Below, in pieces: positions 39,713-49,178 of a stretch of DNA of 64,000 bases. Each line of letters begins with the position of its first letter. Position 1 is the stretch's first letter. The notes beneath the pieces are model-generated. The model saw nothing but the letters and a program-made list of their open reading frames with translations, was not told the DNA's origin and ran no database searches. The position numbers were made by a program, and so were the translations under genes. Location of the stretch: sequence record SRR31156797_3966; one strand, 5' to 3'.

Positions 39713-39748
39713 AAAAAAGGCTGACTCAGTGGATAGGGAGTCAGCCTT
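39713..39748 (-). terminator. kdgM terminator
   Basis: AAGGCTGACTC-N10-GAGTCAGCCTT with an A6 run (U-tract on -). Confidence 0.78.
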
Positions 39749-39781
39749 GAAAAGACAGTAAATAGGATTTTCTAAATCAAA

Positions 39782-40501
39782 TTAGAAGCTGTATTTAACA
39801 CCAGCACGGTAACGCATACGGAAGTCGTCATCACCATCTTCAAAAGTGTCTGTGTCATTAGTATCTACAGATACCATACCTAGTTCAATAAATGGAACCC
39901 AACCACTTTCCAGGCCTGAATATGCAGCAGTAAAGTTCACGATCGCTAGATAGTTATTATCGTTTTTATAGCCTAATTCCTTATCTTGCTTCATTTTATA
40001 CTCAACATCTACGCCAAATGCGAAGTCATCCATTTTATAACCACTGGTCAGGTTAAGCTGGCTGTAATGGCTATCAGCACCTGCTACACTGTTCGCATCA
40101 CCGTAACGGTATCGTAGACCAATGTTCCAGTCATCTGTTAGTTGTTGTGTACCTTTAAGGTCAAACTTATGAGTCGCCTTACCTGAGCCACTATCAAGTG
40201 CGTATGCTGGTTGAAGTGTGAAAGAATCAGTCACTTTGTAGTTGTAGCTGATTTTCATTTCATGACCAGCATTAGATAATTTATCTAAGCCAAAGCCTTC
40301 ACCTTTAGGGTTTTCCCATTTGATTTCAGCACTTAGACCAATGCCGTTGTCGAAACGGTCAGAGATAACCAGGCGGTCTTTGTGTTGTGATTCAGCTTCA
40401 CCTTTAGCATCTACGAATTCGTGACGGTAGTTAATGCTAGCAGCGTGTGCCGCGGTCGCAGTCATTGCAAGTAAGATTGCAGAAGTAAGTACTCTTTTCA
40501 T
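39782..40501 (-). CDS. kdgM: Oligogalacturonate-specific porin, KdgM family
   Basis: Signal ..AHA/ASINYRHEF, HKDR..IS.RF.NG.G.S.E.KW, W.PF.E, RYR.GVKYSF. Confidence 0.92.
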   Translation of the reverse strand: MKRVLTSAILLAMTATAAHAASINYRHEFVDAKGEAESQHKDRLVISDRFDNGIGLSAEIKWENPKGEGFGLDKLSNAGHEMKISYNYKVTDSFTLQPAYALDSGSGKATHKFDLKGTQQLTDDWNIGLRYRYGDANSVAGADSHYSQLNLTSGYKMDDFAFGVDVEYKMKQDKELGYKNDNNYLAIVNFTAAYSGLESGWVPFIELGMVSVDTNDTDTFEDGDDDFRMRYRAGVKYSF

Positions 40502-40522
40502 AATTAAAACACCGTTTTTGTA
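40502..40522. promoter_or_regulatory. Putative KdgR box adjacent to the kdgM start
   Basis: AATTAAAACACCGTTTTTGTA; 1 mismatch to core. Confidence 0.55.
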
Positions 40523-40590
40523 ATTGTGGTTCGCTATTTAATTTAACTGAAAAAAACTTTTTGAAAATTGAACTTTTTAAAATGTGTGAT

Positions 40591-40611
40591 CTTTGAAACA
40601 GTGTTTTATAT
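40591..40611. promoter_or_regulatory. KdgR box upstream of kdgM, overlapping a CRP-like half site (TGTGA at 40585)
   Basis: CTTTGAAACAGTGTTTTATAT; full core match. Confidence 0.78.
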
Positions 40612-41432
40612 TAAAAGTTTGGATATGCGTGATCAACTTATCATTTACCTTCAAGTTAATTAATTTAGTGAATAATAAATCGGAAACCATAAGTTTATCT
40701 ATGATTGGTTCATGTCGCTATGCGTAAAGCGCGCAAGTTGATAAGTTTGAATTACAAGTTTTATATTTAAGTTATTGATTTATTTTTATATTGCTGGGTG
40801 TCTGGTTAGTCGTGGCGTAAGTTGTACAGATGGAGTTTATGAGTAGGTGTTGGCTGTTTATATTTTATGAGAATTAATTGCTATGTAATTAGTTAAATTG
40901 AAAGAAATATTAATATCTAATATTTAAATAGTATAAGAATCGTTGCCATCTTATGTAAGTATTTTCCTATTAATATTCCTTTATTCTTATTTAGAAGTAC
41001 GGGCTAAGCACCGTTTACAATTATTTAACTGGTTTTGTTGCTATTTATTAACCTATTAATAATACTGCGCGTACTTTTAGATGAATAAACTGAACCTCTA
41101 CAGTAGTCATACTTTTCTAATACTAAAGTTTAGTTTCATTTGTTGCGATTTTGTTGTTATGCAACTTAGTCTCTGTTTTATAGCTACTCAGATATAATTT
41201 TTAGCCGCGAAAATAATATTTATTGAGCTAGATCAAACCACCAGATTTTTAAGTGCGCTTGATCCCCAGATAGGTAGGGGGAGAGGTGCAGTTTTGCATC
41301 GTTAATCCTAGTGGGTTTTGTTTTATTTGTTTAAATTCAATTAATTATACCATTTGTAGTTCTGGTCTGACCTGGTTGTGTCTCAGGTTCCTACAAAGCT
41401 GTATTTTATTTTTAGAAACGCAAAACCTTCAA

Positions 41433-41453
41433 AATAGGAACTGTGTTTTATTT
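41433..41453. promoter_or_regulatory. Weak putative KdgR box upstream of togM
   Basis: AATAGGAACTGTGTTTTATTT; right half intact, left half degenerate. Confidence 0.4.
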
Positions 41454-41613
41454 TTTTATAAATTTACGTAAAAAATAATATCCAAGATCACAAATAATTA
41501 GTTTCCGCATGGTAATCGATAAAAAAAGGCGTTTAATAAAAGGCAGAAGTCGATGAGTCTCTTCGGAAGAAAGCATCTAACTCATCGGCACTAAACTAAA
41601 CGAGGACGAGAAA

Positions 41614-42501
41614 ATGTATGAAAATCGTAAGCTTGGATTAGCGTACTTATCTCCCTATATAATAGGGTTGATAATGTTTACCGCTTTTCCGTTCATTTCA
41701 TCATTCGTGATGAGCTTTACCGATTATGACCTAATGACTTCACCAGAATTCGTAGGTATTGAAAACTATCGGTACATGCTCACTGAAGATGATATCTTTT
41801 GGAAGTCAATGAGCGTCACATTCTTGTACGTTTTCTTGACCATCCCGGTAAAACTAGCATTCGCGCTTGGTATTGCTTTTATCCTTAACTTTAAGTTAAG
41901 AGGTATTGGCTTCTTCCGTACTGCTTACTACATCCCTTCAATTCTGGGTAGTAGTATCGCAATCGCGGTACTTTGGCGTGCTCTATTTGCTATCGATGGT
42001 GTTCTTAACGGTGCCTTAGGCTTTATTGGTATTGACCCAATTAACTGGCTAGGTGAACCTGCTTTCGCGCTATTCTCAATCACACTATTGCGTGCGTGGC
42101 AGTTTGGTTCTGCGATGGTTATCTTCCTAGCAGCACTACAGAACGTTCCTCAATCTCAGTATGAAGCTGCGATGATTGACGGTGCAAGTAAATGGCAAAT
42201 GTTCATGAAAGTAACTGTGCCACTTATTACACCAGTTATCTTCTTCAACTTCATCATGCAAACAACACAAGCATTCCAGGAGTTTACAGCGCCATACGTT
42301 ATCACTGGCGGCGGCCCAATGAAGTCAACTTACCTGATCTCTCTATACATCTATGAGACAGCATTTAAGTTCTTTGATATGGGTTACGGGAGCGCATTGG
42401 CATGGGCACTATTTATCGTAGTAGCAATCTTCACGTCAATCACATTCCGTTCGTCGAAGTACTGGGTATTCTACTCAGGTGATAAGGGAGGCAAATCATA
42501 A
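41614..42501 (+). CDS. togM: Oligogalacturonide ABC transporter permease
   Basis: MYENRKLGLAY.SPYIIG N-terminus, EAA motif YEAAMIDGA; togMNAB gene order. Confidence 0.92.
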   Translation: MYENRKLGLAYLSPYIIGLIMFTAFPFISSFVMSFTDYDLMTSPEFVGIENYRYMLTEDDIFWKSMSVTFLYVFLTIPVKLAFALGIAFILNFKLRGIGFFRTAYYIPSILGSSIAIAVLWRALFAIDGVLNGALGFIGIDPINWLGEPAFALFSITLLRAWQFGSAMVIFLAALQNVPQSQYEAAMIDGASKWQMFMKVTVPLITPVIFFNFIMQTTQAFQEFTAPYVITGGGPMKSTYLISLYIYETAFKFFDMGYGSALAWALFIVVAIFTSITFRSSKYWVFYSGDKGGKS

Positions 42502-43397
42502 TGTCTACTTCAATTGCTAATGCAGCAGCGGCTGCAAACGAAGAAAATGAACGTACGATTCGTCGTGAGAAAATCAATGCGGCTATCCGTTACACAGTTC
42601 TAATTATTGTTGGTTTCTTAATGCTTTACCCACTATTGTGGATGTTTACAGCAGCAATGAAACCAAACCATGAAATCTTCTCTTCTATGAGCTTGATCCC
42701 AAGTGAGTGGAGTTTAGAAGGCTTCATTAACGGTTGGAAAACCGGTACTGAATTTACTTTTGGTCACTACATTATCAATACGTTCTTATATGTATTACCG
42801 AAAGTATTCTTTACTGTTGTTTCATCAACAATCGTAGCTTACGCGTTTGCGCGTTTTGAAATTCCATTTAAGAAGTTTTGGTTTGCTACGCTAATTGCAA
42901 GCATCCTACTTCCACAATCAGTACTGCTTATTCCGCAATACATCATGTTCCGCGAAATGGGTATGTTAGATAGTTACTTACCATTGTACTTACCAATGGC
43001 ATTTGCAACACAGGGCTTCTTTGTCTTCATGTTGATCCAGTTCCTTCGTGGTATCCCGACTGACATGGAAGAAGCAGCAATGATTGATGGCTGTAACTCG
43101 TACCAGGTGCTATGGCACGTAGTGGTTCCAGTTATTCGCCCGGCAATTATCTCTGTGGCACTGTTCCAGTTTATGTGGTCAGTGAATGATTTCTTAGGTC
43201 CACTTATCTACGTATCAAGTGTAGAGAAGTACCCAATTGCTCTTGCTCTGAAAATGTCTATCGACGTTACAGAAGGCGCGAAGTGGAATGAAATCCTAGC
43301 AATGGCATCTATCGCTATCATCCCGTCAATCGTCGTGTTCTTCATGTCTCAGAAGTACTTTATTGAAGGCGCAGCTAGCAGCGGTATTAAAGGTTAA
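42501..43397 (+). CDS. togN: Oligogalacturonide ABC transporter permease
   Basis: MalG-like, EEAAMIDG, QKYFIEG..SSGIKG. Confidence 0.92.
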   Translation: MSTSIANAAAAANEENERTIRREKINAAIRYTVLIIVGFLMLYPLLWMFTAAMKPNHEIFSSMSLIPSEWSLEGFINGWKTGTEFTFGHYIINTFLYVLPKVFFTVVSSTIVAYAFARFEIPFKKFWFATLIASILLPQSVLLIPQYIMFREMGMLDSYLPLYLPMAFATQGFFVFMLIQFLRGIPTDMEEAAMIDGCNSYQVLWHVVVPVIRPAIISVALFQFMWSVNDFLGPLIYVSSVEKYPIALALKMSIDVTEGAKWNEILAMASIAIIPSIVVFFMSQKYFIEGAASSGIKG

Positions 43398-43415
43398 TTT
43401 TTTGGAGTAAGTAAA

Positions 43416-44552
43416 ATGGCTGAAGTTAAATTTAATAAACTAGAGAAAGTTTATTCAAACGGTTTTAAAGCGGTACACGGTATCGACCTAACAATTAAAG
43501 ATGGTGAGTTCCTAGTAATCGTAGGCCCATCAGGTTGTGCAAAATCTACAACGCTACGTATGCTAGCGGGTCTAGAAACAATCAGCGGTGGTGAAATCAC
43601 TATCGGCGGTACAGTGGTGAACAACCTGGCACCAAAAGATCGCGGTATCGCGATGGTATTCCAGAACTACGCGCTATACCCACACATGACGGTAGAAGAG
43701 AACCTAGGTTTTGGTCTTAAGCTACAGAAGCTACCAAAAGAAGAAATTGAAGCTCGCGTGAAAGAAGCGGCTGAAATTCTTGAAATTGAAGAGCTACTGG
43801 ATCGTCTACCACGTCAGTTATCTGGTGGTCAGGCTCAGCGTGTTGCGGTAGGTCGTGCAATCGTTAAGAAACCAGAAGTGTTCTTGTTCGATGAGCCTCT
43901 ATCAAACCTGGATGCAAAACTTCGTGCGTCAATGCGTGTTCGTATTTCTGACCTTCACCGTCACCTAAGAGAAGCGGGTAACCCTGCAACTGCGGTATAC
44001 GTAACGCACGACCAAACAGAAGCGATGACCATGGGTGACCGCATCTGTGTAATGAAACTTGGCGAAATCATGCAGGTAGATACACCAGAATCTCTGTACG
44101 ACAACCCAGTGAACATGTTTGTAGCGGGCTTCATTGGTGCGCCTGAGATGAACCTTCATGAAGTAGAAATCGTTGATGAAAACGGTGAAATGTATGTAGG
44201 TTTTGGTGATCAGCGTCTGCGTTTACCACAAGCAAAAGCAGAAGCGGTCCGTTCACACGGTTACGACAAAACGGTATTTGGTATTCGTCCAGATAACATC
44301 ACGCTATCTCTTGTTGAAGATGAAAATGTTCAAACAATGGTGGGTGACGTTGTTCGCATGGAAAACATGGGTCACGAAGTATTCGTATACTTCCGTGTTG
44401 GTGACAAAGAGCTAACAGCTCGTGTGCCTATCGATGACGTTCGCGAAAAACTAGGTATGCAATTACAGAAGGATGTGAAGTTTGCTGTTGAAATGAGCAA
44501 GGTACACATCTTTGATAAGAAAACTGAGAAAAACATTTCTCTATCAAAATAA
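43416..44552 (+). CDS. togA: Oligogalacturonide ABC transporter ATPase
   Basis: MAEV.FNKLEKVYSNGFKAVHGIDL, GPSGCAKS, LSGGQAQR, DEPLSNLD. Confidence 0.93.
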   Translation: MAEVKFNKLEKVYSNGFKAVHGIDLTIKDGEFLVIVGPSGCAKSTTLRMLAGLETISGGEITIGGTVVNNLAPKDRGIAMVFQNYALYPHMTVEENLGFGLKLQKLPKEEIEARVKEAAEILEIEELLDRLPRQLSGGQAQRVAVGRAIVKKPEVFLFDEPLSNLDAKLRASMRVRISDLHRHLREAGNPATAVYVTHDQTEAMTMGDRICVMKLGEIMQVDTPESLYDNPVNMFVAGFIGAPEMNLHEVEIVDENGEMYVGFGDQRLRLPQAKAEAVRSHGYDKTVFGIRPDNITLSLVEDENVQTMVGDVVRMENMGHEVFVYFRVGDKELTARVPIDDVREKLGMQLQKDVKFAVEMSKVHIFDKKTEKNISLSK

Positions 44553-44568
44553 AATTGGAGACAAATCC

Positions 44569-45852
44569 ATGAATCAAAAGGTATTGACTACACTTATCGC
44601 TGCTGCAATCGGTGCTACTTCGGCATCAGCATTTGCTGACGTAGAACTACGTATGTCTTGGTGGGGTGGTAACTCACGTCACCAAGCTACACTAGATGCA
44701 ATCGAGAAGTTCCAAGAACAAAACCCTGGTATCAAGGTAAAAGCTGAATACACAGGTTGGGATGGTCACTTGTCTCGTTTGACTACTCAGGTTGCAGGTA
44801 ATACTGAACCAGACGTAATGCAAACTAACTGGAACTGGTTGCCAATCTTCTCTAAGAATGGTGACGGTTTCTACGACATGAACCAGCAGAAAGACATTCT
44901 GCATGTAGATAGCTTCCCTAAAAATGCTATCGATATGACGACTGTAGAAGGTAAGATCAACGGTCTTCCTGTGTCTATGACTTCTCGTGTTTTCTACTAC
45001 AACGCTCCTATCTGGGAAAAAGCGGGTGTAGATTTCCCTAAGACTTGGGATGATCTCATGGCTGCGGGTAAAGCATTTGAGAAGAATCTTGGTGCTGACC
45101 ATTACCCACTAGTTATTGAAGCACGTGACGTATTCGCGATGAACCGTTCTTACATGCTTCAAACTACGGGTAAAGACATCATCGATGCGAAAACAACTAA
45201 GATTGCATACACTCAAGAAGAGATGGAAGCGTTCTTCCAGCTATATGCCGATCAGGTTGAGAACCACGTATTCCCATCAACTAGAGAGTTCTCTTCTTAC
45301 GGTAAGGGTAACCTTTACGAGATGCGTCCATGGATCGACGGCCGTTTCGCTGGCGTATACATGTGGGATACAGCCATTGCTAAGTACACAGCTAACTTAG
45401 CACCAGGTCTACACATGGAATTGGGTCCATACCCAATGGCTCCAGGTGCAACTGACTCGGGTATGCTAGCGCGTCCTTCAATGATGTTCTCTATCGGTCG
45501 TAACACTGATTACCCAGAAGAAGCAGCGAAACTGGTTACTTTCTTACTGAACGATCCAGTTGGTGTTAAAGCGCTTGGTCTAGCTCGTGGTATTCCAATG
45601 AGCAAAGAAGGTCTAGCAACGCTACATGATGCGGGCGAAATCGACCAAGAAAGCTTGAGCTACCAAGGTTACCTACAAGCTCAAGGTCTACCAAAAGTCG
45701 TTCTTCCAACAACTTTCACGGATAACGCTCAGTTAATGGAGCTATTCGGCGAAAACATGGAAAAAATTGATTACGGCCAAACTGACGTTCAAGGTGCTGC
45801 TAAAGACTTCCTACGTCGTGGTAACCGTATCCTAAAACGCATTTCTAAATAA
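44569..45852 (+). CDS. togB: Oligogalacturonide-binding periplasmic protein
   Basis: Signal ..AFA/DVELRMSWWGGNSRH, EYTGWDGHLSRL, QTNWNW; ATG at 44569 follows GGAG. Confidence 0.93.
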   Translation: MNQKVLTTLIAAAIGATSASAFADVELRMSWWGGNSRHQATLDAIEKFQEQNPGIKVKAEYTGWDGHLSRLTTQVAGNTEPDVMQTNWNWLPIFSKNGDGFYDMNQQKDILHVDSFPKNAIDMTTVEGKINGLPVSMTSRVFYYNAPIWEKAGVDFPKTWDDLMAAGKAFEKNLGADHYPLVIEARDVFAMNRSYMLQTTGKDIIDAKTTKIAYTQEEMEAFFQLYADQVENHVFPSTREFSSYGKGNLYEMRPWIDGRFAGVYMWDTAIAKYTANLAPGLHMELGPYPMAPGATDSGMLARPSMMFSIGRNTDYPEEAAKLVTFLLNDPVGVKALGLARGIPMSKEGLATLHDAGEIDQESLSYQGYLQAQGLPKVVLPTTFTDNAQLMELFGENMEKIDYGQTDVQGAAKDFLRRGNRILKRISK

Positions 45853-45869
45853 TAGTCATGTGTTGTTAC

Positions 45870-45889
45870 AGCCTCCCTTTGGGGAGGCT
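45870..45889 (+). terminator. Hairpin after togB
   Basis: AGCCTCCC-TTTG-GGGAGGCT with no strong U-tract. Confidence 0.5.
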
Positions 45890-45891
45890 AC

Positions 45892-45921
45892 ATACCCAAG
45901 TGACTTAAGTTACTTGGGTAT
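45892..45921. repeat. Minimal 30 bp ERIC-like/MITE remnant (two fused termini)
   Basis: ATACCCAAGTGACTTAAGTTACTTGGGTAT, a near-perfect palindrome with the same terminus as 31403 and 1-27. Confidence 0.65.
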
Positions 45922-46023
45922 CCTTGTATGTAGCTTACGGTTTTTACCAAACAAAAGAGCTCGCCAATATTTGTGAGTTTTTCTGTTTGTTATCAACGCC
46001 TTCCTATTTTTGGAGAAAGTATT

Positions 46024-47685
46024 ATGTGTGATTCTCGTGTTTCTCTGCTTCCTATTGTTAAGCGCTTTTACCAGCAGTCGCTGGATTTAGGTAAAGCCGC
46101 TCATAGCCCGCTGATGGCTGATGGCATTGATGTACAAACACTAAAGCCGGTTCAGTGGACTTACCCAGATGGAGTTGAAGTGCCAATGAGCAACTTTGCT
46201 AGCCAGCAAAACCTGATGCGTGGTTATCTGGCTCTGAGTATGTTGACGGGTAATAATTTATATTTGCACGAAGCTCAGAACATTACTGAGTATTTCTTAG
46301 AAAACTACGCAGATAAATCGAGCGGTTTATTACAGTGGGGGGGACACCGTTTTGTCAACTTAGATAGTGGTGATATCGAAGGCCCTGCGAGTAAAGAGTG
46401 TGTGCACGAACTTAAGCACCATTTCCCGTTTTATGATTTGTTATTTCAAATGCAACCAGAGGCAACAGAAAACTTCTTGAAGGGCTTTTGGGCTGCACAT
46501 GTGACAGACTGGGAGAAACTCGATCTAACTCGTCATGGCGAATATGGTAAAACGTTTCCAGCCGATTTGTTTAGTGTTAACCAACCGAAAGAGGTGGTTG
46601 ATCCAGCTAAATGGCCAGAATTACCAGAAACTGTAGGTCTGACTTTCGTTAATGCTTCGACGGATTTGATCTATGCAGCATGCCACTATTACCGTTACAC
46701 CGGTGACGAAGATGCATTGAAATGGGCGAAACACTTATACCGTCAGTTTGTTGCGGCGCGTCATCCTGAAACTCATATGCCGGTTTATCAGTTCTCTTCT
46801 CCGAAACAGCGTGAACCGATTCCAGAAGATGACCGTCTGACTTACTCATGGTTTGGTGATCGTGCTAAGCGTCAATTTGGCCCTGAGTTTGGTGACATCG
46901 CTCGCGAAGCAAACGTACTGTTCCGTGACTGTTGGGCTGTGGTCGTGGACAACCCGCTGGCGATGCTGTCCTGTGTACAAAATCTTAAAGACGAAGAGTG
47001 GCTAAACTGGGTAATTGAAGGCATTGTTGGTTACTTCTCTCATGCTTGGGATGCAGAAAGTAATGAAGTGTTGCCAATGTGGACAGACGGTACCGATTTA
47101 ACTGACTACACTTTCAAACGTCACGGCTACTACGGTGAAAAAGGCACAACACTGGCACGCCGTCCGGCTGATCCAGCATATTTGCTCACTTTAGTTCGTG
47201 CCGCTCGTGCGAGTTCGAACCTACAAGTCAAAGAACTAACTGCGAAGATGTTTGAGCGTTTTAACCTAGGCTCATTGGATGTTGAATCTCTTGTTCCTGT
47301 AGAGGTGGCTGAGAAAACAAATCTCGCGTCAACTTACCTGTTATTCGCATTGCTAGAACTGCATCAACATAGTGAAGATAAACGCTTATTGGTTCTGGCT
47401 GACTGTGTAGCGCAAAATTTATTGAAGAAACATTACCATGAGCATAGTGGTCTGTTTGTCGAAGATTTGACACAACAATATGCGCGTTTAGACGATCCTA
47501 TCGCTTATGCATTGTTGGCGCTAGAAGCAGCCTATGCGGGTGTTTATGATGATATTCCTCAAATGATCTCTACGGGTGGCTACCTGCACGGTGATCGAAA
47601 TATTAATGGTGAAATCAAAGTCGTGTATGACCGTGATGTCATCTATGGACAACCTCATAACGAAATGGCAATGGTCGCGCGCTAA
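46024..47685 (+). CDS. pelW: PL2 exopolygalacturonate lyase, cytoplasmic
   Basis: PLMADG, SNFASQQN.MR, GL..WGGHRF, VHELKHHFPFY, LTFVNA..DLIYAA, GDRAKRQFGPEFG; no signal peptide; ATG at 46024 follows GGAGA. Confidence 0.88.
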   Translation: MCDSRVSLLPIVKRFYQQSLDLGKAAHSPLMADGIDVQTLKPVQWTYPDGVEVPMSNFASQQNLMRGYLALSMLTGNNLYLHEAQNITEYFLENYADKSSGLLQWGGHRFVNLDSGDIEGPASKECVHELKHHFPFYDLLFQMQPEATENFLKGFWAAHVTDWEKLDLTRHGEYGKTFPADLFSVNQPKEVVDPAKWPELPETVGLTFVNASTDLIYAACHYYRYTGDEDALKWAKHLYRQFVAARHPETHMPVYQFSSPKQREPIPEDDRLTYSWFGDRAKRQFGPEFGDIAREANVLFRDCWAVVVDNPLAMLSCVQNLKDEEWLNWVIEGIVGYFSHAWDAESNEVLPMWTDGTDLTDYTFKRHGYYGEKGTTLARRPADPAYLLTLVRAARASSNLQVKELTAKMFERFNLGSLDVESLVPVEVAEKTNLASTYLLFALLELHQHSEDKRLLVLADCVAQNLLKKHYHEHSGLFVEDLTQQYARLDDPIAYALLALEAAYAGVYDDIPQMISTGGYLHGDRNINGEIKVVYDRDVIYGQPHNEMAMVAR

Positions 47686-47706
47686 TTACTCAGGTTAGGA
47701 GTCACC

Positions 47707-49167
47707 ATGTCAAACTCATCATCGGAGCCTGGACCCTCAGGCTCTAAAATGATCGGGCAGAAAACTAATAAGTTTTCCTTCAAGTTTCGTTATCGCCATA
47801 AAGTTTTACTAAAACGACATGTTTGGCCATTTACCTGGCCAATTATCTTAGAGCTATTTTGTGTGGTGCTGATGGGTATTATCAGCACTGCGCTTGTTGC
47901 TCGTCTTGGTGCAGATAAAACCGCCGCTGTGGGTTTTACAGATGGTATCACCTGGATCATTATTTCCGTGATGACCGCTGTGGCATTGGGCGGCTCAGTC
48001 GTTGTTGCCCAGTCATTTGGCCGGGGAGATCGCGTATCTTCACTCTCTGCGGCTGGGCAGGTAATGGTTTTAGGGATGTTTGTTGCCCTTGTCTCTATGT
48101 TATCCATCTTCTTGTTCTCCGACTCTATGCTTTATATTGTCGCCTATGGAGCAGAAGAAGAGGTCATTGCCTTAAGTGATACTTTCTTAAATATTGTCGC
48201 GTTAAGTTACCCGGCGCTTGCCATTACTCTAGTAGGCAGTGGTATTTTAAGAGCGGTCGGCAATTCTCGACTGCCTGCGATGTCAAACATTGCGATGAAT
48301 GTGTTAAACATCCTGTTTAGTTACCCGTTAATCTATGGCCTGGATGGATTGTTCGGTACTGAGTGGCAAGGCTTCGGCATGATTGGCGCTGGTGTGGGGG
48401 TTACGTTAGCACGATGGGCTGGCGCGGTATTTATTTTGGTCTGTTTAATGAAAAACAGTACCCTTAAGGTCAGTCTGCGTCAGTATTTTTCAGGTTTTGA
48501 GAAAAAAATCCTGCTGGACATCTTAGGTGTTGGTTTACCCGCGAGTGTTGAATCTTTGATGTTTAACTTAGGTAAGTTGATAACACAAATCATGGTCGCG
48601 GGCTTAGGTACTGTAGCCATGGCAGGTAATGTTATTACTTTCTCAATGCTGCTGTTGCTGAATATCCCCGGTAATGCGTTAGCAATGACTTCAACCGTAC
48701 TGGTTGGAAAAAGGTTAGGGCAGAACAAGCCGAAAGTGGCCTTTCAGGAGATGCAGTTGATCTTCTGGACAGCAACCATCGTACTCTGTTTGTTTTCCGC
48801 TATATTCGTTCCTTTATCGCCTTATATGGCGGCTTGGTATACCGATGAACCACAAGTTGTCGAAGTGATCCTGAACTTAGTGTTGATCAACGCGATTATG
48901 ATGCCGATTTGGGCGGCGTCTTGGGTGTTGCCTGCTTCGTTTAAAGGGGCAAAAGACGCGAAGTTTGCTATGTATGTTTCCATTGCCAGTATGTGGGGAG
49001 GACGCATCGTTCTTGGCTATCTGTTTGGTATCTATTTGGAGTTTGGTATTTATGGTATTTGGGCGGGTATGTTTGCCGACTGGTGGATTCGTGGCAGTGT
49101 ATTCTACTTAAGAATGATTCGACTAGGCTGGTTAAAAGCTTATCTCAAAAATGCAAAAAGCGCCTAG
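47707..49167 (+). CDS. MATE family transporter (YeeO/EmmdR-like)
   Basis: 12-TM MATE pattern: WPI..E, LV.RLG...AAVG, GILRA.GNS..P, G.G..GAG, GLPAS.E. Confidence 0.88.
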   Translation: MSNSSSEPGPSGSKMIGQKTNKFSFKFRYRHKVLLKRHVWPFTWPIILELFCVVLMGIISTALVARLGADKTAAVGFTDGITWIIISVMTAVALGGSVVVAQSFGRGDRVSSLSAAGQVMVLGMFVALVSMLSIFLFSDSMLYIVAYGAEEEVIALSDTFLNIVALSYPALAITLVGSGILRAVGNSRLPAMSNIAMNVLNILFSYPLIYGLDGLFGTEWQGFGMIGAGVGVTLARWAGAVFILVCLMKNSTLKVSLRQYFSGFEKKILLDILGVGLPASVESLMFNLGKLITQIMVAGLGTVAMAGNVITFSMLLLLNIPGNALAMTSTVLVGKRLGQNKPKVAFQEMQLIFWTATIVLCLFSAIFVPLSPYMAAWYTDEPQVVEVILNLVLINAIMMPIWAASWVLPASFKGAKDAKFAMYVSIASMWGGRIVLGYLFGIYLEFGIYGIWAGMFADWWIRGSVFYLRMIRLGWLKAYLKNAKSA

Positions 49168-49175
49168 GCGCTTTT
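49156..49175. terminator. Palindrome overlapping the MATE stop; possible bidirectional terminator
   Basis: AAAAGCGCCTAGGCGCTTTT. Confidence 0.55.
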
Positions 49176-49178
49176 CTT

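Noticed and set aside
41286-41471. 61 aa ORF upstream of togM
   Set aside because: Low-complexity Cys/Phe-rich translation that overlaps the likely promoter and operator.
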